64,000 bases of DNA from Macrostomum hystrix (lineage: Eukaryota > Animalia > Platyhelminthes): contig CATNEN010000001.1 of assembly GCA_950097015.1 (NCBI GenBank), positions 25,048,001 through 25,112,000 of the forward strand, read 5' to 3'. Each line of letters starts with the position of its first letter. The stretch's first letter is position 1. The translations under genes and the position numbers were made by a program. A model generated the notes under the pieces. That model worked only from the letters and a program-made list of their open reading frames with translations. It did no database searches and was not told where the DNA came from. Below are positions 45,266 to 56,600 of this stretch, piece after piece.

Positions 45266-48200
45266 ATGTCTAGATCATCTGGCAAATTGCCCAGCTACAT
45301 AACAATAGCCCTAATTGCTTGCCTATCCGTAGTCCTAGTCATCAGAGCTGACAGCAAACTGGTTGACAGCTTCCAAGGACTGTCTGGCTGCTTCCAACTG
45401 CTGCAGGGCGGCCGGTTAATATACAGCTCCGCTGGCGGCTTCAATGGGACCAAGTAAGCCAGTCTGTCTGTCCGAGTGTTGGCTGCCTACTGTCTGTCTG
45501 TCTGTCCGAGTGTTGGCTGCCTACTGTCTGTCTGTCTGTCCGAGTGTTGGCTGCCTACTGTCTGTCTGTCTGTCCTAGTGTTGGCTGCCTACTGTCTGTC
45601 TGTCTGTCCTAGTGTTGGCTGCCTACTGTCTGTCTGTCTGTCCTAGTGTTGGCTGCCTACTGTCTGTCTGTCTGTCCTAGTGTTGGCTGCCTACTGTCTG
45701 TCTGTCTGTCCTAGTGTTGGCTGCCTACTGTCTGTCTGTCTGTCCTAGTGTTGGCTGCCTACTGTCTGTCTGTCTGTCCTAGTGTTGGCTGCCTACTGTC
45801 TGTCTGTCCTAGTGTTGGCTGCCTACTGTCTGTCTGTCTGTCCTAGTGTTGGCTGCCTACTGTCTGTCTGTCCTAGTGTTGGCTGCCTACTGTCTGTCTG
45901 TCCTAGTGTTGGCTGCCTACTGTCTGTCTGTCTGTCCTAGTGTTGGCTGCCTACTGTCTGTCTGTCTGTCCTAGTGTTGGCTGCCTACTGTCTGTCTGTC
46001 TGTCCTAGAGTGGGCTGCCTACTGTCTGTCTGTCCTAGTGTTGGCTGCCTACTGTCTGTCTGTCTGTCCTAGTGTTGGCTGCCTACTGTCTGTCTGTCCT
46101 AGTGTTGGCTGCCTACTGTCTGTCTGTCCTAGTGTTGGCTGCCTACTGTCTGTCTGTCTGTCCTAGTGTTGGCTGCCTACTGTCTGTCTGTCTGTCCTAG
46201 TGTTGGCTGCCTACTGTCTGTCTGTCTGTCCTAGTGTTGGCTGCCTACTGTCTGTCTGTCTGTCCTAGTGTTGGCTGCCTACTGTCTGTCTGTCCTAGTG
46301 TTGGCTGCCTACTGTCTGTCTGTCTGTCTATTCTAGTGTTGGCTGCCCGAGTGAAAACTGTCTGTCAATCATTAAAAAAGTCTCCACATTAAAAGTTTTT
46401 CCGGGTATGGAATTCACGGCTTAATTAAGTCTCAATTAAGTAACTGAAGGAGAGATATCGGCGGCGAGGTGAAAGTCAGGTTACAGGTAGAGTCAAATTG
46501 CAACAAAATTAAAGCAAATTAATTTTTTTTAAAGTACATCAGTGATTTAGTTTACTTAGCAAAAAAATCCCAAACACACGAGATCAGAGTGAAGAAAATT
46601 TAGCTTCAGGGCAGAGATTTCATAATAATAATATAGCAAATGTATTTCGAAGCCCCACTAGTTGAAATTGCAGCCAAGCTAAGGATCCCACTTGAAGGAA
46701 TTCAGTGAAATAGTTTTTTTTGCACGAGAAACCTTTGACTTCACTGACTAGTTGCAGCGGTCACAATGCAAGTACAGTAATTTAGTCATTTTTCACGTCC
46801 CAGCCCCGCCGTGAAATACTATCGTTTGAGCACTGCTCAAAAGACTGAGAGAGAAGGCCCCCTATTTTTTAATCTCTCTCAATTTCCTGCCTTGATATTT
46901 TTTGCGATCGCGCGCAGAATTTTCTGATAAATCCATCACAGTCAGGCTGCGCAATCTATTCCCCAGTTTCCTTAATCCCAGCAGATATTAATCCTCAACT
47001 TTTGCTGAGCCCCGCTATGCCGAGTGCGTGTTCCGAGCCCCACCCCTAAATGGTCGGTTTTGCCATTGTGAATTTGATTGATCTCCTCTGTGGGAAACAG
47101 ACACTACTATGAGACTAATGAGATAATGAGATGAGATAAACAGAAACACAGTAAGACAAATGGAGAGACTGTGAGATAAACAGAAAGACAGAGAGATAAA
47201 TAGAGAGACTGTGAGATAAACAGAGAGACTGTGAGATAAACAGAGAGACTGTGAGATAAACAGAGAGACTGTGAGATAAACAGAGAGACTGTGAGATAAA
47301 CAGAGACTGTGAGATAAACAGAGAGACTGTGAGATAAATAGAGACTGTGAGATAAACAGAGAGACTGTGAGATAAACAGAGACTGTGAGATAAATAGAGA
47401 GACTGTGAGATAAACAGAGAGATAGTGAGATAAACAGAGAGACTGTGAGATAAACAAAGAGATAGTGAGATAAACAGAGAGACTGTGAGATAAACAGAGA
47501 GACTGTGAGATAAACAGAGAGACTGTGAGATAAACAGAGAGACTGTGAGATAAACAGAGAGACTGTGAGATAAACAGAGAGACTGTGAGATAAACAGAGA
47601 CTGTGAGATAAATAGAGACTGTGAGATAAACAGAGAGACTGTGAGATAAACAGAGACTGTGAGATAAATAGAGAGACTGTGAGATAAGCAGATTCATTTC
47701 CATAAGATTCCAACCCTGTCCTGCCCCCGTCACCGCAGCGCGGTGATTTCGCTCACATTTCTGAGCTTCCACAACGAAGGCGTTCTGCTGTACATGGGCG
47801 GCCTGCACGGAGACTACCTGGGCCTCTACCTGAGGGACGGCCGGATCAATTATTTCATTTTCAACCCGTCCAGATTGCACATGTCACTCGGCGGCATTCA
47901 TTTTAGAGGCGACTCCAAAATTGAACTCAACAGAAACTACTCGGTGAGCACTCCAGAGAGCCTGGGGATTCGAACTCTGGAGGTTTATCAGTTAGGAGTC
48001 CGAACCCGCTGGACGGAAACCATTGTCATTATCTGTTCTCAAATACTCAATTGTCAAGTTCAGCAAGCTGCCAAGCCTGAGGCTCAATTCAATTTCAGGT
48101 GGAATTCTCATTCAATCAGCCTCAACGACAAAGCGTGTTAAACAAAGACCTGTACACAACTGCTCTGCGGCTGGATGATGCCACGGTGCAATTGCTGGAC

Positions 48201-48927
48201 TTTTACATACCCGACCTGCAGTTTGAGTCGCCTGTGTACTTTGGCGGAGGACCTGGCGGACTGGTGAGTGAGCTGATGAATATCCTGTTCTAACTGAAAG
48301 CTTCCTGTTCTAACTGACAGCTTCCTGTTCTAACTGACAGCTTCCTGTTCTAACTGACAGCTTCCTGTTCTAACTGACAGCTTCCTGTTCTAACTGACAG
48401 CTTCCTGTTCTAACTGACAGCTCCCTGTTCTAACTGACAGCTTCCTGTTGTAACTGACAGCTTCCTGTTCTAACTGACAGCTTCCTGTTCTAACTGATCG
48501 CTTCCTGTTCTAACTGACAGCTTCCTGTTCTAACTGACAGCTTCCTGTTCTAACTGACAGCTTCCTGTTCTAACTGATAGCTTCCTGTTCTAACTGACAG
48601 CTTCCTGTTCTAACTGATAGCTTCCTGTTCTAACTGACAGCTTCCTGTTGTAACTGACAGCTTCCTGTTCTAACTGACAGCTTCCTGTTCTAACTGACAG
48701 CTTCCTGTTCTAACTGACAGCTTCCTGTTGTAACTGATAGCTTCCTGTTCTAACTGACAGCTTCCTGTTCTAACTGACAGCTTCCTGTTGTAACTGACAG
48801 CTTCCTGTTCTAACTGACAGCCACAAAACTCTTTCAGAACCTGAACGTGCAAGACTTTGAAGGTCGGTTAACAGATATTCGTATCAACGGCAAAGAGCTG
48901 ACAGACTCCATTCAGACCAAGAGTCAA
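45266..48927 (+). CDS. 5' exons of a secreted or cell-surface laminin-G-domain protein (neurexin/Caspr/axotactin-like). Exons 45266-45453, 47739-47943, 48099-48263, 48838-~48927; probably continues beyond the satellite.
   Basis: Signal-like ITIALIACLSVVLVIRA, then FNGTN|AVISLTFLSFHNEGVLLYMGGLHGDYLGLYLRDGRI...|VEF...LRLDD...PVYFGG..|..DFEGRLTDIRING. This is a complete LamG signature and the phases are consistent. Confidence 0.78.
45460..46345. repeat. 34/30-bp intronic minisatellite CTAGTGTTGGCTGCCTA(CTGT)3-4C, about 27 copies
   Basis: Starts about 6 nt after the donor GTAAGC at 45454. Units differ in the number of CTGT tetramers. Confidence 0.96.
47120..47688. repeat. 20/18-bp intronic minisatellite (GACTGTGAGATAAACAGAGA)n
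   Basis: Direct periodicity. It ends about 50 nt before the acceptor at 47738. Confidence 0.96.
48281..48820 (+). repeat. 20-bp intronic minisatellite (CTTCCTGTTCTAACTGACAG)n, 27 copies
   Basis: Exact 20-nt register. It fills almost all of intron 48264-48837. Confidence 0.97.
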
Positions 48928-49661
48928 GTTAGCCGCTGCTAAATCTATTAACTCAAAACAGTTTTTCCACTTTAAAAAATAGCAAACGCGATCTTGTTTC
49001 TGTTTTATAATGTCTTGTTCTGTATTTGCAATTTTACTGACAGAATAACAAAATAGTAAGCGCTTGTTTCTTGAGTTGATACTCATAGCCGGGCCATCAG
49101 CTGAGCACTGAACGTTTAAACTAGCGCCAGTTTATTATAAATGGGGGAGACTTTCAATTCACGGCGGAGAATTATCTAATGAACAAAAAACAGGCCGAGA
49201 GCAGTCAAGCGGAAACCAGAGACGGCTCATAATTTATGCGGCCAGTTTAATGAGCTGGAAATTTCAACTGCTTGAACCCATTGTCTCATAGTCTTCGAGC
49301 TGTCTCGTCTTAGTGCTAAAGCACTGAAATACCGTTTTAGTGAATTGCTAATCTAAATGAACTCGCTGTCTGCTGGGTAGCTGCTAAACAGAGCATTGTT
49401 CTGGTGAGAAACCCGCGTCTCCTCTGTTGCCTTTCTGTATTCTGAGATTTAACAACAATGAGTTGAATGATTTATTAGCTGCAGAGAGATAGATGTGTAA
49501 TATCTTGGATGGATAGATAGAAAAGACGGATAAAAATAGAGAAAAGAATGCCCCCAAGCTATTGTCCATGGGCTCGGTACAACTGTTCAGTCCATGGACT
49601 GGGGAGGTCGCCAGTGCAGACACCCGAAATTCTACCCTAGCTGATTTTAACTAATTGGCTG

Positions 49662-49957
49662 ATAATAATAATAATAATTGCAGGAGGGCTGCTGGCAATG
49701 GCACATCATTCGGTGACACTAGACCTGCAGCCAGCGAGGAGGCAATTCTGCCCATTTCGCTGACTCCTGAGCACACACTCACACAGATACTGTACGCAGG
49801 CACACGCTCACACAGGTGTGTACATCTGCCCTGACTTTCTCATCGTCAGGCAGTGTACACTCTCGCTCAGCCAAATAAATGTGGCCTCACCGCGGAATCG
49901 AACTTAGGGACCTTGGTGCGAGAGGCAAACCAGTTAACCGGTCGGCCGACGACCCCC
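49662..49957 (-). mobile_element. SINE family A copy with central deletion
   Basis: (AAT)6 tail, GCCAGCGAGGAGGCAATTCTGCCCATTTCGC, body hairpin, and head GGAATCGAACTTAGGGACC in reverse. Confidence 0.9.
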
Positions 49958-50694
49958 ATAACCAATGAGCCGCTAATCAATCCTTTGAAGAAAAAAATTT
50001 AATATAGATTCTTGTCAAGCTAAAAGTACCAAGATGAACCTCAACCCATTGCATCGATATGCGGCAGGTTCAAGTGTACGCAGAAAACGCATTTGAAGAG
50101 AATTGAGAAACAGTCTGACATGTCACGGAATCAATGGGATAATTAATGCACAACTAACACGGCAGAATAACTAGTCTAAGTCTAACAAAATCGGAAAGGT
50201 AAAATATTCACAAGAAAATCACTCAGTCCGCTCCAGTCATCTCCAGGTTGTCTAATTAATAATTAACTGGACACGCAAAAAATGCTTTACCTAAATGGAA
50301 CAGGAGGCACACGTGTCAGCTATATAGTAGGCCAGTAGGCTTCTCAAGTCCACTCGAATGAGTAGATTATTTATTAGCGAATTTTGAGCGAAAATTCCAT
50401 TTTTTTGTCCTATCAAAAGAGCCAATCTTGTCACTTAGAAAACGGAAATTTGTTTGTTTGTAGTCAAGATTGAGCTGTTTGATGAGAAAACTCTGATAAA
50501 CATTCGATAATTGCCATTGAAATAAGGCTGCTCTTCTAGTGCCCTTTTGAGAGGCCGTTCAACAAAGAGCCCGTTAATAATCTTGTGACGTTAATAAATT
50601 AGCTGGAAGTAGAACACCTGAGAATAAGGACAGAGGAATTCTGCTCTCAAAGGCAGAGGAAAATAAAAAAGAAAATGAAAAATAAGGCGAGATA

Positions 50695-53600
50695 GAGTTA
50701 GGGAGAAAGTGGGAGGGGGAGACAAGGAGCGAGTTTGAGGGGGAGATAAGGAGAGAGTTGGAGGGGGAGATAAGGAGAGAGTTGGAGGGGGAGATAAGGA
50801 GAGTGGGAGAGGGAGATAAGGAGAGAGTTGGAGGGGGAGATAAGGAGAGTGGGAGAGGGAGATAAGGAGAGAGTTGGAGGGGGAGATAAGGAGAGAGTTG
50901 GAGGGGGAGATAAGGAGAGAGTGGGAGAGAGAGATAAGGAGAGATTTTGAGGGGGGATAAGGAGAGAGTTGGAGGGGGAGATAAGGAGAGAGTTGAAGGG
51001 GGAGATAAGGAGAGAGTTGGAGGGGGAGATAAGGAGAGAGTTGAAGGGGAAGATAAGGAGAGATTTTGAGGGGGGATAAGGAGAGAGTTGGAGGGGGAGA
51101 TAAGGAGAGAGTTGAAGGGGGAGATAAGGAGAGAGTTGAAAGGGGAGATAAGGAGAGAGTTGGAGGGGGAGATAAGGAGAGAGTTGAAGGGGGAGATAAG
51201 GAGAGAGTTGAAAGGGGAGATAAGGAGAGAGTTGGAGGGGGAGATAAGGAGAGAGTTGGAGGGGGAGATAAGGAGAGAGTTGGAGGGGGGAGATAAGGAG
51301 AGAGTTGGAGGGGGAGATAAGGAGAGAGTTGGAGGGGGAGATAAGGAGAGAGTGGGAGAGGGAGATAAGGAGAGAGTTTGAGGGAGGATAAGGAGAGAGT
51401 TTGAGGGGGAGATAAGGAGAGAGTTTGAGGGAGATAAGGAGAGAGTTTGAGGGGGAGATAAGGAGAGAGTGGGAGAGGGAGATAAGGAGAAAGTTGGAGG
51501 GGGAGATAAGGAGAGAGTTGGAGGGGGAGATAAGGAGAGAGTTGGAGGGGGAGATAAGGAGAGAGTTGGAGGGGGAGATAAGGAGAGATTTCGAGGGGGG
51601 ATAAGGAGAGAGTGGGAGAGGGAGATAAGGAGAGAGTTGGAGAGAGAGATAAGGAGAGATTTTGAGAGGGGATAAGGAGAGTTGGAGGGGGAGATAAGGA
51701 GAGAGTTGGAGGGGGAGATAAGGAGAGAGTTGGAGGGGGAGATAAGGAGAGAGTGGGAGAGGGAGACAAGGAGAGAGTTGGAGGGGGAGATAAGGAGAGA
51801 GTTGGAGGGGGAGATAAGGAGAGATTTTGAGGGGGGATAAGGAGAGAGTTGGAGAGAGAGATAAGGAGAGATTTTGAGGGGGGATAAGGAGAGTTGGAGG
51901 GGGAGATAAGGAAAGAGTTGGAGGGGGAGATAAGGAGAGATTTCGAGGGGGGATAAGGAGAGAGTGGGAGAGGGAGATAAGGAGAGAGTTGGAGAGAGAG
52001 ATAAGGAGAGAGTTGGAGGGGGAGATAAGGAGAGTTGGAGGGGGAGATAAGGAGAGAGTTGGAGGGGGAGATAAGGAGAGAGTTGGAGGGGGAGATAAGG
52101 AGAGAGTTGGAGGGGGAGATAAGGAGAGAGTTGGAGGGGGAGATAAGGAGAGAGTTGGAGGGGGAGATAAGGAGAGAGTTGGAGGGGGAGATAAGGAGAG
52201 ATTTTGAGGGGGGATAAGGAGAGTTGGAGGGGGAGATAAGGAAAGAGTTGGAGGGGGAGATAAGGAGAGAGTTGGAGGGGGAGATAAGGAGAGAGTTGGA
52301 GGGGGAGATAAGGAGAGATTTCGAGGGGGGATAAGGAGAGAGTGGGAGAGGGAGATAAGGAGAGAGTTGGAGAGAGAGATAAGGACAGATTTTGAGGGGG
52401 ATAAGGAGAGTTGGAGGGGGAGATAAGGAGAGAGTTGGAGGGGGAGATAAGGAGAGGGTTGGAGGGGGAGATAAGGAGAGAGTTGGAGGGGGAGATAAGG
52501 AGAGATTTTGAGGGGGGATAAGGAGAGTTGGGGAGATAAGGAAAGAGTTGGAGGGGGAGATAAGGAGAGAGTTGGAGGGGGAGATAAGGAGAGAGTTGGA
52601 GGGGGAGATAAGGAGAGATTTCGAGGGGGGATAAGGAGAAAGTGGGAGAGGGAGATAAGGAGAGAGTTGGAGAGAGAGATAAGGAGAGATTTTGAGGGGG
52701 AGATAAGGAGAGAGTTGGAGGGGGAGATAAGGAGAGAGTTGGAGGGGGAGATAAGGAGAGAGTTGGAGGGGGAGATAAGGAGAGAGTTGGAGAGAGAGAT
52801 AAGGAGAGATTTTGAGGGGGGATAAGGAGAGAGTGGGAGAGGGAGATAAGGAGAGAGTTGGAGAGAGACATAAGGAGAGAGTTGGAGGGGGAGATAAGGA
52901 GAGTTGGAGGGGGAGATAAGGAGAGAGTTGGAGGGGGAGATAAGGAGAGAGTTGGAGGGGGAGATAAGGAGAGAGTTGGAGGGGGAGATAAGGAGAGAGT
53001 TGGAGGGGGAGATAAGGAGAGAGTTGGAGGGGGAGATAAGGAGAGAGTTGGAGGGGGGAGATAAGGAGAGAGTTGGAGGGGGAGATAAGGAGAGAGTTGG
53101 AGGGGGAGATAAGGAGAGAGTGGGAGAGGGAGATAAGGAGAGAGTTTGAGGGAGGATAAGGAGAGAGTTTGAGGGGGAGATAAGGAGAGAGTTTGAGGGA
53201 GATAAGGAGAGAGTTTGAGGGGGAGATAAGGAGAGAGTGGGAGAGGGAGATAAGGAGAAAGTTGGAGGGGGAGATAAGGAGAGAGTTGGAGGGGGAGATA
53301 AGGAGAGAGTTGGAGGGGGAGATAAGGAGAGAGTTGGAGGGGGAGATAAGGAGAGATTTCGAGGGGGGATAAGGAGAGAGTGGGAGAGGGAGATAAGGAG
53401 AGAGTTGGAGAGAGAGATAAGGAGAGATTTTGAGAGGGGATAAGGAGAGTTGGAGGGGGAGATAAGGAGAGAGTTGGAGGGGGAGATAAGGAGAGAGTTG
53501 GAGGGGGAGATAAGGAGAGAGTGGGAGAGGGAGACAAGGAGAGAGTTGGAGGGGGAGATAAGGAGAGAGTTGGAGGGGGAGATAAGGAGAGATTTTGAGG

Positions 53601-56600
53601 GGGGATAAGGAGAGAGTTGGAGAGAGAGATAAGGAGAGATTTTGAGGGGGGATAAGGAGAGTTGGAGGGGGAGATAAGGAAAGAGTTGGAGGGGGAGATA
53701 AGGAGAGATTTCGAGGGGGGATAAGGAGAGAGTGGGAGAGGGAGATAAGGAGAGAGTTGGAGAGAGAGATAAGGAGAGAGTTGGAGGGGGAGATAAGGAG
53801 AGTTGGAGGGGGAGATAAGGAGAGAGTTGGAGGGGGAGATAAGGAGAGAGTTGGAGGGGGAGATAAGGAGAGAGTTGGAGGGGGAGATAAGGAGAGAGTT
53901 GGAGGGGGAGATAAGGAGAGAGTTGGAGGGGGAGATAAGGAGAGAGTTGGAGGGGGAGATAAGGAGAGATTTTGAGGGGGGATAAGGAGAGTTGGAGGGG
54001 GAGATAAGGAAAGAGTTGGAGGGGGAGATAAGGAGAGAGTTGGAGGGGGAGATAAGGAGAGAGTTGGAGGGGGAGATAAGGAGAGATTTCGAGGGGGGAT
54101 AAGGAGAGAGTGGGAGAGGGAGATAAGGAGAGAGTTGGAGAGAGAGATAAGGACAGATTTTGAGGGGGATAAGGAGAGTTGGAGGGGGAGATAAGGAGAG
54201 AGTTGGAGGGGGAGATAAGGAGAGGGTTGGAGGGGGAGATAAGGAGAGAGTTGGAGGGGGAGATAAGGAGAGATTTTGAGGGGGGATAAGGAGAGTTGGG
54301 GAGATAAGGAAAGAGTTGGAGGGGGAGATAAGGAGAGAGTTGGAGGGGGAGATAAGGAGAGAGTTGGAGGGGGAGATAAGGAGAGATTTCGAGGGGGGAT
54401 AAGGAGAAAGTGGGAGAGGGAGATAAGGAGAGAGTTGGAGAGAGAGATAAGGAGAGATTTTGAGGGGGAGATAAGGAGAGAGTTGGAGGGGGAGATAAGG
54501 AGAGAGTTGGAGGGGGAGATAAGGAGAGAGTTGGAGGGGGAGATAAGGAGAGAGTTGGAGAGAGAGATAAGGAGAGATTTTGAGGGGGGATAAGGAGAGA
54601 GTGGGAGAGGGAGATAAGGAGAGAGTTGGAGAGAGACATAAGGAGAGAGTTGGAGGGGGAGATAAGGAGAGTTGGAGGGGGAGATAAGGAGAGAGTTGGA
54701 GGGGGAGATAAGGAGAGAGTTGGAGGGGGAGATAAGGAGAGAGTTGGAGGGGGAGATAAGGAGAGAGTTGGAGGGGGAGATAAGGAGAGAGTTGGAGGGG
54801 GAGATAAGGAGAGAGTTGGAGGGGGGAGATAAGGAGAGAGTTGGAGGGGGAGATAAGGAGAGAGTTGGAGGGGGAGATAAGGAGAGAGTGGGAGAGGGAG
54901 ATAAGGAGAGAGTTTGAGGGAGGATAAGGAGAGAGTTTGAGGGGGAGATAAGGAGAGAGTTTGAGGGAGATAAGGAGAGAGTTTGAGGGGGAGATAAGGA
55001 GAGAGTGGGAGAGGGAGATAAGGAGAAAGTTGGAGGGGGAGATAAGGAGAGAGTTGGAGGGGGAGATAAGGAGAGAGTTGGAGGGGGAGATAAGGAGAGA
55101 GTTGGAGGGGGAGATAAGGAGAGATTTCGAGGGGGGATAAGGAGAGAGTGGGAGAGGGAGATAAGGAGAGAGTTGGAGAGAGAGATAAGGAGAGATTTTG
55201 AGAGGGGATAAGGAGAGTTGGAGGGGGAGATAAGGAGAGAGTTGGAGGGGGAGATAAGGAGAGAGTTGGAGGGGGAGATAAGGAGAGAGTGGGAGAGGGA
55301 GACAAGGAGAGAGTTGGAGGGGGAGATAAGGAGAGAGTTGGAGGGGGAGATAAGGAGAGATTTTGAGGGGGGATAAGGAGAGAGTTGGAGAGAGAGATAA
55401 GGAGAGATTTTGAGGGGGGATAAGGAGAGTTGGAGGGGGAGATAAGGAAAGAGTTGGAGGGGGAGATAAGGAGAGATTTCGAGGGGGGATAAGGAGAGAG
55501 TGGGAGAGGGAGATAAGGAGAGAGTTGGAGAGAGAGATAAGGAGAGAGTTGGAGGGGGAGATAAGGAGAGTTGGAGGGGGAGATAAGGAGAGAGTTGGAG
55601 GGGGAGATAAGGAGAGAGTTGGAGGGGGAGATAAGGAGAGAGTTGGAGGGGGAGATAAGGAGAGAGTTGGAGGGGGAGATAAGGAGAGAGTTGGAGGGGG
55701 AGATAAGGAGAGAGTTGGAGGGGGAGATAAGGAGAGATTTTGAGGGGGGATAAGGAGAGTTGGAGGGGGAGATAAGGAAAGAGTTGGAGGGGGAGATAAG
55801 GAGAGAGTTGGAGGGGGAGATAAGGAGAGAGTTGGAGGGGGAGATAAGGAGAGATTTCGAGGGGGGATAAGGAGAGAGTGGGAGAGGGAGATAAGGAGAG
55901 AGTTGGAGAGAGAGATAAGGACAGATTTTGAGGGGGATAAGGAGAGTTGGAGGGGGAGATAAGGAGAGAGTTGGAGGGGGAGATAAGGAGAGGGTTGGAG
56001 GGGGAGATAAGGAGAGAGTTGGAGGGGGAGATAAGGAGAGATTTTGAGGGGGGATAAGGAGAGTTGGAGGGGGAGATAAGGAAAGAGTTGGAGGGGGAGA
56101 TAAGGAGAGAGTTGGAGGGGGAGATAAGGAGAGAGTTGGAGGGGGAGATAAGGAGAGATTTCGAGGGGGGATAAGGAGAAAGTGGGAGAGGGAGATAAGG
56201 AGAGAGTTGGAGAGAGAGATAAGGAGAGATTTTGAGGGGGAGATAAGGAGAGAGTTGGAGGGGGAGATAAGGAGAGAGTTGGAGGGGGAGATAAGGAGAG
56301 AGTTGGAGGGGGAGATAAGGAGAGAGTTGGAGAGAGAGATAAGGAGAGATTTTGAGGGGGGATAAGGAGAGAGTGGGAGAGGGAGATAAGGAGAGAGTTG
56401 GAGAGAGACATAAGGAGAGAGTTGGAGGGGGAGATAAGGAGAGTTGGAGGGGGAGATAAGGAGAGAGTTGGAGGGGGAGATAAGGAGAGAGTTGGAGGGG
56501 GAGATAAGGAGAGAGTTGGAGGGGGAGATAAGGAGAGAGTTGGAGGGGGAGATAAGGAGAGAGTTGGAGGGGGAGATAAGGAGAGAGTTGGAGGGGGGAG

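Noticed and set aside
46945-47055. Extra exon of the LamG gene
   Set aside because: It contains stops in the required phase. Direct splicing from 45453 to 47739 gives a better in-frame product.
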